A stretch of DNA of 64,000 nt, from NCBI GenBank assembly GCA_963724095.1, contig CAVRTH010000001.1:66754-130753 (forward strand), given 5' to 3'. The notes under the pieces are model-generated. The model had not been told where the DNA came from. It worked only from the letters and a program-made list of their open reading frames with translations, and ran no database searches. The translations under genes were made by a program, and so were the position numbers. Shown piece by piece: positions 20,455 through 31,251 of the stretch (position 1 is the stretch's first letter; each line of letters opens with the position of its first letter). This stretch comes from an uncultured Chloroflexia bacterium. GTDB taxonomy: Bacteria > Chloroflexota > Limnocylindria > Limnocylindrales > CSP1-4.

Positions 20455-21091
20455 TCAGTCGCGCTCGAGACCGGCAAGGTCAGCCGGCGAGTCGACATCG
20501 GGCATCGAACCCTCGACCGGGACCTCCTCCACCGCGTCCGGGCGCGAGTCGATGAGTGCGGCGAGGCCGTGGTCACCCTCGATCTCGTCGACCCATGTCC
20601 ACGCCGCTCGCAGCAGCAACACCGGGTTGCGTGCCGCGCTGTGCGCATAACGGGGCACGAGCACGGGGCGATCCACCGCGGGCGAAACGGCAGCCGCTGA
20701 CAGCCAGAGCCTGCAGGACGTCCGCACGCAATCGTGGCTGGTCGCCAAGCACGATGAATGCACCGTCGAACACCGTCGGGAGTGCGCGCAGCGCGTCGAT
20801 GCCGACCTGCAGCGACGATGCCAGGCCGCGGTCAGGCGCATGGTTTCGGATGCGCAGCTCGTCGCGCCAGTCGAGTGATCGCTCGATCGCCTCGGCGCCG
20901 TGGCCAAGTACCACGACCGTGACAGCCGGCCCGAACGCACGCACGGCGCCCAGCACCCGGGCCAGCATCGGCTGACCCTCGTGCTGCGCCATGAGCTTGG
21001 CCCCGGGCTCGTCGGAGAAACGCGACCCGGCACCGGCCGCCAGCACGACAGCCGCAAGGTGGGGTCGTCGATCCATCGACTGACCGTACAC
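20455..21091 (-). CDS. MobA-like NTP transferase / molybdenum cofactor cytidylyltransferase (MocA-like), frameshifted as assembled
   Basis: The N part (track 20573..21091) reads AAVVLAAGAGSRF..LGDQP. The C part continues in track frame 20455..21057 (RPVLVPRY..RNPVLL..IEGDHGLAALI..PDVDSPADL). The switch is near ~20695. The span is 637 nt (3n+1). Alternative start at 21076. Confidence 0.7.
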
Positions 21092-21216
21092 GCTCAGACC
21101 GGCGTTTGGTGAGCGACCGCGTGCTGCCTGCCCCCGATGTCAACACCCACCGTCATCATCGGATGTCTCCCTCGCGACACCCAGGGAGTCGGCCCCACCC
21201 GCAACGAGGACGTAGG

Positions 21217-22188
21217 TCAGTCGAGCGTGATGGCGACGATGCTCGGTGGGTGGGGCGCCAACTCACCGATGACCGCTTGCGCCATGTTGGCGACGTACAC
21301 CGGCTGCCCATCCAGGCTGGCGTCGACGAACACGCTGGTGGGCCCGGAGATGCCGTCGCTGGCATCGGCAGCGACCACCGGCACACCGTCTTTCCCGATC
21401 CGCCAGACCGTGTTGGCCGGCGGGTCGGCGACGATGAAGTCACCATCAGCGGTGATGGTGATACCGTCGATGGAGACACCCGCTGGCGCCAGGTGCACGA
21501 ACGCCTCCCCCGCCTCGCCCTCCCGGCCGACAGGGATGCCGACGATATGGCTCTGCTCGGTAACGCCCACGTACACGACTCCGTCATCCACCACGATGCC
21601 GTTCGCGCCCACGGGGAAGGGGAACGGCAGCTCGCCGGTACCTGCCAGCAGTGGATCGGTGATCCACGGCTCGAACGGCATCCAGCCCTCAAAGCCGACC
21701 CACTCGGAGCGCCAGACGGAGCCGCTGATGGAATTGGTGACATACATCACGCCGTCATCACCGAACGCGATGGCGTTGGGCATGGCGATCGCCTCGCTGC
21801 CCCGGAGATGGGTGGACTTGCCATCGGCAAGCCCGAAGCTGAGCACGCCGTGGAGTGCGGGGTCGCTCGAGTTGACGGCCGCGTAGAGCAGGCCGTTGCC
21901 GTCGATGGCCAGACCCGTCAGCCCGAAGTCACCCTCGCCGAGATCGAGCTGGACGAAGTCCTCGGCTTCGCCGTTGGCCGCGATCTTGACCACGCGGCCC
22001 AGGCTGCTCAAGCCCGCGTAGACATCACCGATACGAGCCGCGGCCACGCCTTCGGGGAACTCGCCCGCAGCGCCATCGAACGTGACGAGGGTGCGAGCCG
22101 CCCCGGCGCTCGCCAGCGGGGCCATCGCCAGTAGCGCAGCACACGCCAGGCCCACAGCGCCGATCGCCCATCGTTTCCAGGTTGACAT
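21217..22188 (-). CDS. Secreted beta-propeller protein (SMP-30/gluconolactonase/LRE or NHL-repeat like)
   Basis: The start at 22188 is preceded by GAGGAGG. It has a signal peptide (MSTWKRWAIGAVGLACAALLAMAPLASAGA) and repeated ..G.A.D.dG.lYV.. blades. Confidence 0.6.
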   Translation of the reverse strand: MSTWKRWAIGAVGLACAALLAMAPLASAGAARTLVTFDGAAGEFPEGVAAARIGDVYAGLSSLGRVVKIAANGEAEDFVQLDLGEGDFGLTGLAIDGNGLLYAAVNSSDPALHGVLSFGLADGKSTHLRGSEAIAMPNAIAFGDDGVMYVTNSISGSVWRSEWVGFEGWMPFEPWITDPLLAGTGELPFPFPVGANGIVVDDGVVYVGVTEQSHIVGIPVGREGEAGEAFVHLAPAGVSIDGITITADGDFIVADPPANTVWRIGKDGVPVVAADASDGISGPTSVFVDASLDGQPVYVANMAQAVIGELAPHPPSIVAITLD

Positions 22189-22313
22189 CAGAGCCTCCTC
22201 GCGCATCGCGCAGGCTTGGACAAGCACGTTCGTGCTCTATCAGGTAGTGGCGCCGCGCCTGCAACAAGGTTCCGAAACGGCACTGTCACGCGCCTCCCCT
22301 ACCATTGAGCGGG

Positions 22314-24407
22314 ATGAGCACGACCGCCAAGCACAGCAACCGCCTCGCCGGCGAGACCAGCCCCTACCTGCTGCAGCACGCACACAACCCGGTCGACTGG
22401 TACCCCTGGGGCGATGAAGCGCTCACCCGAGCCCGTGAGCGAGACGTACCCATCTTCCTCAGCATCGGTTATGCCGCCTGCCACTGGTGCCACGTGATGG
22501 AGCACGAGTCATTCGAGGACGAGCAGACAGCCGCGGATCTCAACGCGGACTTCGTGGCCATCAAAGTCGACCGCGAGGAGCGTCCGGACATCGATAGCGT
22601 CTACATGGACGCCGTGCAGGCCATGCGACAGCAGGGCGGCTGGCCCTTGAACGTCTTCCTCACGCCCGACGGCCGGCCATTCTTCGGCGGCACCTACTTC
22701 CCCGATGAGCCGCGCCACGGCATGCCCTCCTTCCGGCAGCTGTTGGCGCGCATCGTGGCCTTCTGGACGACCCAGCGTGACGAGATCGAGCAGACCGCCA
22801 CCAATGTGGCCGAGCACGTGCGGGGCGAACAGGACGCTCCCGCACGACTTGCCCAGCAGATCGCGGGCGAACCGGCGCCCGATCCCGCGATCCTGCTCAA
22901 AGGGGCAGTCGACACGCTCCGCAAGAACTTCGACGCCGTCGATGGCGGTTGGGGCGGCGCACCCAAGTTCCCGCAGCCCATGACGCTGGAGCTGCTCCTG
23001 CGCGAACACCTGCGCACCGCGGAGCGGGATCCGCTGCTGCTCCTGGAGAAGACGCTCGACGCCATGGCCGCGGGCGGCATCTACGACCACCTCGGCGGTG
23101 GCTTCGCCCGCTACTCCACCGACAGGCAATGGCTGCTGCCCCACTTCGAGAAGATGCTCTACGACAATGCCCAGCTGGCACGCGTCTACCTCCACGCCGC
23201 GCAGGTCACCGGCGAGGAACACTACGCCTACATCGCCCGCGAGACGCTCGACTTCGTTGGGCACGAGCTGCGCAACCCGCCCGGCGGCGCATTCGCTTCC
23301 AGCCTCGACGCCGACACCGATAGCCAGGAGGGGCTCACCTATGTCTGGCAGCCGGCAGAGATCCGCGACGTCCTCGGCGAGGGGGCACTCCTGTTCGAGA
23401 CCGCCTACGGCGTTACGGCGGCGGGTGATTGGGAGGGCCGCACCATCCTCCACCGAGTCCGTTCCGATACCGACCTGGCGGCGCAGTTCGACCGGCCCCG
23501 CGAGGAGATCCACGAGCTGCTGGCGGAGTCGCGCGTGAAGCTGTTGCGAAGCCGGGACAGGCGACCCCAACCGACCCGCGACGACAAGGTGCTGACCTCC
23601 TGGAACGGGCTGATGATCGGGGCTTTCGCCGACGCCGGCGTGGCCCTGGGCGAGCCGACCTTCGTCGAGATCGCGAGCGAGGCCGCCGACTTCGTGCTGG
23701 AGCACCTGCGGACCGACGACGGTCGCCTCCTTCGGTCGTGGAAGGATGGGCGAGCGCAGCATGCCGGCACGCTGGAAGATCACGCTCACCTCGCCGACGG
23801 CCTGCTGGCACTCTACGAGGCTTCCTTCGAGGAGCGCTTCTTCGTCGCTGCCCGGGACCTTGCCGACCTGATCCTGGCCCACTTCAGTGCCGAAGAAGGT
23901 GGCTTCTGGGACACCGCCGACGACGCCGAAACACTCGTCGCCCGGCCCCGCAGCCTGCAGGACAACGCCATCCCTTCCGGCGGCGCCATGGCGGCAAGCG
24001 TGCTGCTGCGGCTGGTCGCGCTGACGGGCGAGGGCCACTATCGGAGCGCAGCCGAGAGTGCCATGGCACCGATCGTGGCGCTAGCGGCCAAGCACCCGAC
24101 CGGCCTCGCCCAGTGGCTGCTTGCCTATCAATCGTCGGCCTCCCCCATCGACGAGATCGCCATCGTGGGCGACCCTGATGCCGACGACACGAAAGCTCTC
24201 CTGGCCACTGCCCGTGCGCGCTACCGCCCCGGACAGGTCATCGCGCTCAGCGCGGACCCGGCGGCCTCGCGTGTGCCGCTGCTCCGCGATCGCAGCGCGA
24301 TCGGCGGTGCCGCCACGGCCTATGTCTGTCGCGACTTCGCCTGCCAGCAGCCCACCACTGACCCGGTCGCACTGGCTGGGCAACTGCAACAGACGCCGGC
24401 ATCGTAG
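22314..24407 (+). CDS. Thioredoxin-domain protein (DUF255/YyaL family)
   Basis: [50 protein letters not shown], followed by an (alpha/alpha)6 N-acylglucosamine-epimerase-like C-terminal part. Confidence 0.9.
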   Translation: MSTTAKHSNRLAGETSPYLLQHAHNPVDWYPWGDEALTRARERDVPIFLSIGYAACHWCHVMEHESFEDEQTAADLNADFVAIKVDREERPDIDSVYMDAVQAMRQQGGWPLNVFLTPDGRPFFGGTYFPDEPRHGMPSFRQLLARIVAFWTTQRDEIEQTATNVAEHVRGEQDAPARLAQQIAGEPAPDPAILLKGAVDTLRKNFDAVDGGWGGAPKFPQPMTLELLLREHLRTAERDPLLLLEKTLDAMAAGGIYDHLGGGFARYSTDRQWLLPHFEKMLYDNAQLARVYLHAAQVTGEEHYAYIARETLDFVGHELRNPPGGAFASSLDADTDSQEGLTYVWQPAEIRDVLGEGALLFETAYGVTAAGDWEGRTILHRVRSDTDLAAQFDRPREEIHELLAESRVKLLRSRDRRPQPTRDDKVLTSWNGLMIGAFADAGVALGEPTFVEIASEAADFVLEHLRTDDGRLLRSWKDGRAQHAGTLEDHAHLADGLLALYEASFEERFFVAARDLADLILAHFSAEEGGFWDTADDAETLVARPRSLQDNAIPSGGAMAASVLLRLVALTGEGHYRSAAESAMAPIVALAAKHPTGLAQWLLAYQSSASPIDEIAIVGDPDADDTKALLATARARYRPGQVIALSADPAASRVPLLRDRSAIGGAATAYVCRDFACQQPTTDPVALAGQLQQTPAS

Positions 24408-24436
24408 GCTTAGGCCATGCACGCCGACCGCACTCG

Positions 24437-25105
24437 ATGACGACCAGCCACGCTCCGCACGCCATCATCTTCGACCTCGACGGCACGCTCGTCGACACGG
24501 TCGGCACCCGCGTCAATTCATGGATGGCCGTCTTCCCCAAGTTCGGGATCGAACCCGAACCCGAGTACCTGGCACCACTGATGGGCTCTGACGGCAAGCT
24601 CCTGGCTCGCATGGTCGCCGAACACTACAACGTGGCCCTGAAGCCCGGTGACGACGTTCAGATCGACATCGAGGCAGGCGCCCAGTTCCGCGTCCTCAAC
24701 GCCCACCCCCGCGCCCTGCCGGCTGCCCGTGAGATCCTCGAGGCACTCACTGACCTGGGCCTGCCATGGGCTGTGGCCACATCCAGCCTGCCCGACGACG
24801 CCCGCAAATCGGTCGGATCGCTGAACCTGAGGACGATGCCGCTGATCTGCGATGGTGCCGACGTGGAACACGCCAAGCCCGCGCCGGATCTGCTGCTCAA
24901 GGCCGCCGGCCTGCTGGACGCAGACCCTGGCGAGACCTGGTACGTGGGCGATTCGCGCTGGGACATGCTGGCATCGAAGGCAGCAGGCATGCGTGCGATC
25001 GCGGTGCTCACCGGTGCCACGACGGAGTCGGAGCTGGTGGAGAGTGGCGCGGACGTCATCTACCCGACGCTGCGCGAGTTCATGGCGGACGTCCCGACCG
25101 ACTGA
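24437..25105 (+). CDS. HAD-family hydrolase (phosphatase)
   Basis: AIIFDLDGTLVDT (motif I), ..ATSS.. (II), K..PDLLL, YVGDSRWDM (IV). Confidence 0.88.
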   Translation: MTTSHAPHAIIFDLDGTLVDTVGTRVNSWMAVFPKFGIEPEPEYLAPLMGSDGKLLARMVAEHYNVALKPGDDVQIDIEAGAQFRVLNAHPRALPAAREILEALTDLGLPWAVATSSLPDDARKSVGSLNLRTMPLICDGADVEHAKPAPDLLLKAAGLLDADPGETWYVGDSRWDMLASKAAGMRAIAVLTGATTESELVESGADVIYPTLREFMADVPTD

Positions 25106-25109
25106 CCCG

Positions 25110-25805
25110 TTACGGCTCTTCTTCGCCGGCGAGGAAGTCGGCGGCCTCACGGACCGACGCCCGGACCTCTGGCGTCAGTCGCTCCCGACGCCCGTGACTG
25201 GAATCATGCGCCAGCGCGTCGAGCCGAGACTCGATGTCGCGCAGGGCCTGGAGTCGCCCTTCCCGCAGCTCGGTCAGCGCGCCGCGTCCGGCCTCGGCCG
25301 CAGCGGCGAGGACATCACCCAGGTGCGTGAGACACCAGGGTGCAGCCGTCACCGCGGACTGCCAGCTGGATCCACTCGTGGCCAGGTCGACCAGCCGCCG
25401 CGAAGCAGCGCCCGAGAGTGTCCGCTCGTGCTCGCAGACCGGGCAATCCCAGGCCGGCCGGGTGGCCTCACGGATGCGCTTGGCGGCACGAAAGCCGCCA
25501 GCACCCTCGAGGGCGCGTCGACGTGCGGCGATCTGCGAGCGCAGGAAGATGCCACCTCCCACGCCATCACCGTTGCCGACGGTGTCGGCTACCAGGGCAG
25601 CCCGAACGTGGCGCCCGCAGAAGCCGCCCCCGGCCACGAAACGGTCGCGGTAGGCCCGGTCGGTGGTGTGCTGGTAGAGCAGTGAATCCAGGTACTGCGG
25701 AGCCAGCTTGGCAACGTATGCGCACATCGGGCAACCGCCGACGGTGAGCGCCTCCAGCAGCGCCTCATCGCCCAGGGACCGTGCCTTCGGAGGGACGTTG
25801 GCCAT
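25110..25805 (-). CDS. Cys-rich hypothetical protein (2x CxxC plus C/H pairs)
   Basis: 231 aa with no signal peptide. Motifs: GGCPMCAY, GGFCGRH, DCPVCEHE, APWCLTH. It lies 32 nt downstream of the cupredoxin gene on the same strand. Confidence 0.65.
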   Translation of the reverse strand: MANVPPKARSLGDEALLEALTVGGCPMCAYVAKLAPQYLDSLLYQHTTDRAYRDRFVAGGGFCGRHVRAALVADTVGNGDGVGGGIFLRSQIAARRRALEGAGGFRAAKRIREATRPAWDCPVCEHERTLSGAASRRLVDLATSGSSWQSAVTAAPWCLTHLGDVLAAAAEAGRGALTELREGRLQALRDIESRLDALAHDSSHGRRERLTPEVRASVREAADFLAGEEEP

Positions 25806-25837
25806 GGGGCAGCCTCCAGACGACCCTGAAGACGCGG

Positions 25838-26869
25838 CTACGGGCTGAGGGTGAAGTCGCCCTGCATGGTGTAGTAGTGACCGGGCACCGTGCAGGCGAA
25901 GCGCAGGCCGGTGATGTCGTCAGGCACGGTCCACTCCAATTCCTGGACGCCGCTCGACCACTCGGGCAGACCGACATCGGTGCTGCCGCCAGGAACGCTC
26001 AGTTCGCTGTCGCTACCGATGTAGAAGTCGTGGCCGAAACCGGCGGTGTTGGTGATGCGGAAGATGACGGTCTCGCCGGGCGTGACCGGGATGTCGCGGA
26101 TCTGCTCGCCGTTCTGCAGGAACCGGAGGGCAGCATCAGCCTCGAGCTCGATCACACGGGGCTCACCGCTCGCGGCTAGCGCAGGTCCAGCCGACTGTTC
26201 GGGCGCCGCCACCTCCGTGGCCGCGTCGCTGGCGACAGCGGCGGGCGTCGCGGCAGCCTCCGGGGGCTGTACCGTCTGCGCGGACGCATCGGCCAGCGAG
26301 AAGGTGCCCTGCATGGTGTAGTAGTGGCCGGGAACGGTACAGGCGAACTTGAGGCCAGTGATATCCTCGGGCACCACCCACTCGACCGTCTGGACCCCGC
26401 TCTCCCACTGGGGGATGCCGACATCGGTCGTGCCGTTGGGGACGCTCAACTCGGCGTCGGTGCCGATGTAGAAGTCATGGTTGAAGCCAGCCGTGTTGTC
26501 GATCTCGAAGACGATCGTCTCACCGGGCGTGACCGGGATGTCGGTGACCTGCTGGCCGTCGGGATCGGTGAACCGCAGAGTGCTATCAGCGTCGAGACGG
26601 ACCACGCGCGGCTCGCCGCTGACCGCGCCGGCAGGTTCTGCCGGCTGCTCCTGCGCCGTACTATCGGCGGGTGCGGTGCTGGCCTCGGGCTGCGTGGGCG
26701 ACTCGGCCGGGGCGGAGGCCTCCGCAGCCGTACCGGGTGCCTGGGATGCGCTCTCTGAGACCGTCACCGGAGCGTACGTCCACTCAGCGCCAGTGTCGCC
26801 GGCACAGGCGGAGACGATGAAAGTAAGTGCGAGCAGGGCCAGGACGAGCCCGGGGAGGGTTGGTTTCAT
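25838..26869 (-). CDS. Lipoprotein with two tandem type-1 copper (cupredoxin/plastocyanin-like) domains
   Basis: Lipobox LTFIVSAC, an Ala/Pro/Glu-rich linker, then two copies of ..TNTAGF(N/G)HDFYIG..F(A)CTVPGHYYTMQG.. (His, Cys, His, Met ligand set). Confidence 0.82.
   Translation of the reverse strand: MKPTLPGLVLALLALTFIVSACAGDTGAEWTYAPVTVSESASQAPGTAAEASAPAESPTQPEASTAPADSTAQEQPAEPAGAVSGEPRVVRLDADSTLRFTDPDGQQVTDIPVTPGETIVFEIDNTAGFNHDFYIGTDAELSVPNGTTDVGIPQWESGVQTVEWVVPEDITGLKFACTVPGHYYTMQGTFSLADASAQTVQPPEAAATPAAVASDAATEVAAPEQSAGPALAASGEPRVIELEADAALRFLQNGEQIRDIPVTPGETVIFRITNTAGFGHDFYIGSDSELSVPGGSTDVGLPEWSSGVQELEWTVPDDITGLRFACTVPGHYYTMQGDFTLSP
25853..26620. repeat. Intragenic tandem duplication (two ~320-bp cupredoxin-domain units)
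   Basis: Units at ~25853-26170 and ~26299-26620 align base-for-base over most of their length by eye, with frequent substitutions (e.g. ccctgcatggtgtagtagtg.ccggg.ac.gt.caggcgaa shared). Confidence 0.7.
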
Positions 26870-29800
26870 GAGCGCGATGCTACGTCATTCGTTGGATTCG
26901 GATGGTGAGAGGCGGGCACGCCGGTGGCCACCAGCCCCTGCCGGATGGCGACGCCGGCCGCCTCCGTACGGCTCGACACGCCGAGCTTGGCCAGGATGCG
27001 TCGCACGTGGACGTGAACGGTGCGTTCGCTGATGAACAGCCGCGCGGCGATCTCACGGTCGGTGCGACCTTCGGCGATGATCTCCAGCACTTCACGCTCG
27101 CGCGGACTGAGCCCGTACGCCTCGGCTGGGCCGTGGCGCAACGAGGCGATGACGCGTTCCTCGATGGCCTGCGCGATGTCCGGACTTGCAGGCGCCGGAG
27201 CGCCGGGCAGGCCGGGGCCCACCGCCACCGGCGCCTTCGTCCCGGGGCCGACCGCCACCAATCGCGCGGTGACATCCCCCGAGATCGGGAGCACCACTCG
27301 TGCTCGCTTCCCCAGGTCCACCACCGCCCGCAGCAGCGGCAATGCCGGCAGATCACGCGCCAGTCGATATGCCTCGGCCAGTGGCTCGCGCGCCTCCAGT
27401 CGAGCAGACTCGCGGTCTTCCTCCGGTGCCGAGGCGAGGATCGCCAGGGTCTGCCACCAGCGCGCCTTGGCTCGTCGATAGGGCGCGGACTGGCGCTCCC
27501 ACTCATCGGCGAGCCCAGCCCAGGTTCGTGGATCGGCCCTGCCGCGCACACGCTGAGCGTGCGCCCGCGCGACGTCGAGCTGCAGCTCAGCTTGCCTGCG
27601 GGCCCCCAGCTCCGGCCCCATCGACGAGCCCGCGACATAGGTCTCCGCGGCCGGCAGCACGCTATCCGACAACGCCCGTGCACGCGCGATGAGTCCGGCG
27701 TCCGAATTGGCGCGGCCGTGTTCGGCAGCGGCGGCAGCAGCCTCCAGGGCAGTCGAGGCGGCGGAGGCGACCACTCCCAGCTCATCGCTCTCGATGGCAC
27801 GCGGCCATTCGCGCTCGGCGATGCTGAGAGCCTCGTCGAGGCGGCCATTCCAGAGCGCAAGGCTGACAGCTGAGCGCATGACCATCCCGGTCCAGTGGCC
27901 CGGTGAGACGGTCTGCAGCTCCAGCAGCATCCGACCCACGATACTGGCGGCTTCCTCGTCGGCCCGTGACTCTGTCAGCAGCAGCCCCAGCACCAGCAGC
28001 GACAACCAGGTGATCTCGCGACGCCCCGTCTGCCAGCGGAGATCGCTGCGGCATTCGCGTTCAGCCTCCTCCCAGCGACCCAGCTGGAACAGGATGTCGG
28101 CCGCGTTGCCACGCAGGAAGGCGCCGTAGGTCGCCTCCAGGCCGCCGACCGCGGCTTCCGCCAGGAACTCCTGCACCACGTCGAGTGCCTCTTCGCGACG
28201 AAGGTCGAGGTCCAGCAGCGTCGTGCGGTTGGCCGCGACGCGCATGAGGTGATCCAATCGGCCCGCCTGGCGCGAGAGAGCGGCGGCCTCGTGGAGCAGC
28301 TCCAGGCCGCCGGCAGGATCACCCAGGTAGGCGACGTCGACCCCTTGCGTGCAGATGGCGTGTGCACGCTCCTGCAGCGTTCCCTCGCCTGCTTCGGCCG
28401 CCGCCTCGGCAGTCACGAGTGCCTGGGCGGCGATGTCCATCGACTCGGGGAAGCGGCCGTCGATCATGAGATGTTGCGCTAGCGACGCGAGGACCCACGC
28501 TCGGCTGCGACTGGGCTCGCGAGGCATGATGGCCAACGCGCGCTCCATGCTGTCGATGGCGCCGCGAAGGTCGCCCGCGTTCCACTGGTAGCGCCCCAGC
28601 TCTTCGTGCATCTCGCCCAGCGACAGGCGGGTGGCGGCGTCACGGCCGCCACGCTCGCTGGAGGGAGCCCGGGCTGCACGACTGTCGATGGCGCGGCGCA
28701 TCAGCGCCACCGCGCGTCGGAAGGCGCCGGAGGACGCGGAGGCCCGTGCGGCACCCGCCAGCAGGTCCGACTGGGCCCGCGGGCTCACGGGCTCGATGCT
28801 GGGCAGCTCCAGCGCTTCTTCGTAGTGCAGCAAGACGGTCTCGGCAGGATCGAGCCGAGCCGCCCGCTGCGCGGCGCGCAGGTGTTCGGCCCGTGACTCC
28901 GGCGGGCGTGCCGCGCGCGACCAATGCCAGGCGGCCAGGGCCGGTTCGCCGCTGAGCTGTTCGGCAAGTGCCGCGTGGATGCCCTGGCGTTCGAGGGTCA
29001 GCTCCATCGCCTCCACCGCCTCAGCGCAGAGTTCGTGACTGATGCTGATGTCGATCTCCGATCTCGACCGCATAACCACCCGCGAGCGCCTCTTCCAGCC
29101 CCTGGATCGTGAGTCGGCCTTCCGGTGCTCGTACGCCGAGAACGGTCGAGCGCAGGAGCGGCAGCCGTGCCGCAGCGAGGACACGGACGAGCCTGGCGCC
29201 ATCGCGCGACAGCGCATCCACGCGCGCACCATAGAGCTGATCGAACGGATCGGACAGGCGCACCCCTTCGAGCACCCCGGCGCTGCGGGCCAATTCGAGC
29301 GCGATGAGCGGGTTGCCCCGGGCGCCCTCACTGACCGCCGTGAGGACGTTCTGCGCGGGGCGCTCGCCGACAGCTTCGATGACCAGCCGCTCGATGTCCG
29401 CGGCCGCCATCCGTCCCAAGTCGAGACGCACGACCTCGGGGTCGGCGGTGAGGTTGCCGGCCAGCGCGGCCATGGGGTGACGGCGGTGGACCTCGTCGGG
29501 TTGGAAGGTGATCATCAGGCAGACCGGTAGCAGCCGCCCCACGTCCTGCAGCGCCTCGATGACCTTGCGCGTGCCAGGGTCGGCGTAGTGCACATCCTCC
29601 AGCATCAACAACAGGACACCATCGCCGGCGAGGCGCTCGAGGGTGCCCAGGACGGATTCGAGCACGCGGCGGCCTAGCTGCTCGGGAGCGCTCAGCCTCG
29701 GCGGAGCGTGCTCGATGTCGAGCGTGTCGAGGCGGGCCTCCAGACCGGGCACGAGCGCGCAGAGATCATCGCCCGCGTTCGCCACGACCTCGCACACCCG

Positions 29801-30076
29801 CGCGTCAGGCAGTTGCGAGAAGGAGCACGCCAGCGCATCACTCACGGCCTGGTAGGGCACGCCGATGGCAGGCTCGTAGGCACGGCCACGGCAGGCGAGC
29901 ACACCCGGCACGCTTGAGACACGCATCGATAGTTCGTCGAGAAGGCGCGTGCAACCGATACCGGCTGGTCCGGTCAGCACGACACGCCCGAGTCTCCCTT
30001 CTGCGACCCGACGCACGGCTTCGGCCAGCTGGGCCAGCTCGCGCTCCCGGCCCAAGAACGCCATGGCGTAGAGCAT
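26866..30076 (-). CDS. Large ATP-binding LuxR-family regulator (LAL/MalT-like: AAA ATPase + TPR-like + LuxR HTH), frameshifted as assembled
   Basis: N part (track 29021..30103): FLGRERELAQL..VVLTGPAGIGCTRLL..LLMLEDVHYADP. Continuation (track 26866..29331): EIDISISHELCAEAV.., a long helical repeat region, and the C-terminal LSPREREVLEIIAEGRTDREIAARLFISERTVHVHVRRILAKLGV. The frame switches near ~29055-29070. The span from 30076 is 3211 nt (3n+1). Start is 30076 or 30064. Confidence 0.8.
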
Positions 30077-30085
30077 AGACGCCGC

Positions 30086-31027
30086 GTGCCACATACTTCG
30101 CACGTGTCAGACCGCCAGGCGCACCCGAAGAGCAGAACGGTGCATCCGAACAACACCCTCAACGAACTCGGCGGCGACGAGTGGCTCTACTTCACCAAGT
30201 CGCTGCTCACCACGGCCTATCCGTCAGAGCTGGGCCACGCCGCGCGCAAGGCGCACGGTGCCAACAAGCCGCCGCGACTGATGGCGAGGCTCATCGAATT
30301 CTTCACCAAGGGTGGCGAACTGGTGCTCGACCCCTTCGCCGGTGTCGGCGGCACGCTCCTGGGTGCCGCTATCTGCCGCTCGCCTCGGCGCGCCCTGGGG
30401 TTCGAGATCGAGCCCCGCTGGGCCGAGGTCTACCGTGCCCTGGCAGCCGACGCCGCGGCACAGGATGGGGGAGCGGGTCTCATGCTCACCGACCTGGGGG
30501 ACAACGATCCCGGCGGACCGCGGCGTTTCGACGCGTCAGGCTGCCGGCTGGAGGTGGGCGATGCGCTGTCGCTGGTCCGCGATGTAGGCGACGCCAGCGT
30601 GGACCTGGTCGCCACCGACCCGCCCTACAACCCACAGTTGAAGGCGACGATGTCCGGCGGCGCACTGGCAGAACGGTTCGCCAATCGTCGCACCGACTAC
30701 GCCATGATCAGCGACGATCCGGCCGACCTCGCCAACAGCACCACCTACGCCGAGTACCTCGAGCGCATGGCCGCCCTCTTCGGGGAGCTGCGACGCGTGC
30801 TGCGGCCGAAGCGCTACGCCGTGATCATCGTCCGCGACGCGTACCAGCAGGGGCGATATCGCTTCGTCGCCTCGGATCTCGCCGCGCGGGCCGAGCCGCA
30901 TGGCTTCACCACCAAGGGCGACCTCATCTGGTACCAGGCAGGGACACGCCTGCGGCCATATGGCTACCCGCATGCGTTCGTGCCCAACATCGTTCACCAG
31001 CACATCCTGGTGCTGCGCGCCGAGTAG
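30086..31027 (+). CDS. N6-adenine/N4-cytosine-type DNA methyltransferase with alpha-type (I before IV) motif order
   Basis: KPPRLMARLIEFFTKGGELVLDPFAGVGGTLLGA (motifs X/I) precedes SVDLVATDPPYN (motif IV) and ..LRPKRYAVIIV... No adjacent nuclease gene. The GTG start at 30086 is uncertain (alternative GTG 30140). Confidence 0.75.
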   Translation: MPHTSHVSDRQAHPKSRTVHPNNTLNELGGDEWLYFTKSLLTTAYPSELGHAARKAHGANKPPRLMARLIEFFTKGGELVLDPFAGVGGTLLGAAICRSPRRALGFEIEPRWAEVYRALAADAAAQDGGAGLMLTDLGDNDPGGPRRFDASGCRLEVGDALSLVRDVGDASVDLVATDPPYNPQLKATMSGGALAERFANRRTDYAMISDDPADLANSTTYAEYLERMAALFGELRRVLRPKRYAVIIVRDAYQQGRYRFVASDLAARAEPHGFTTKGDLIWYQAGTRLRPYGYPHAFVPNIVHQHILVLRAE

Positions 31028-31037
31028 ACCTCTCAGG

Positions 31038-31066
31038 CGCCATCGCCGAGGAGCTCGGCGATGGCG
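31038..31066. terminator. 13-bp perfect inverted repeat between convergent genes (hairpin, no U-tract)
   Basis: CGCCATCGCCGAG-gag-CTCGGCGATGGCG at 31038-31066, 11 nt after the methyltransferase stop. Confidence 0.4.
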
Positions 31067-31251
31067 ATGCACACAGGATCGGGGCAACCTCGAAAGTCGG
31101 CGGTCTCCGAGTGGCCCGCAGCAGCGTGCGACGCCCGGGCCCGCCGTTCCAGCCGCCGGCGTTCCTGCTCAGCCCCGCGCCGTTCGGAGCGCTGCATCAC
31201 GTCGGCCAGGGCCTTGGACGCGTTACGGACCGGGCTCACAGCCCCGGCATC

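Noticed and set aside
31033-31239. A 68-aa minus-strand ORF between the methyltransferase and the M20 amidohydrolase.
   Set aside because: It has an Arg/Glu/Ala-rich composition, no RBS and no motif. Its C-terminal codons are simply the 13-bp inverted repeat at 31038-31066. It is more likely a non-coding terminator region.
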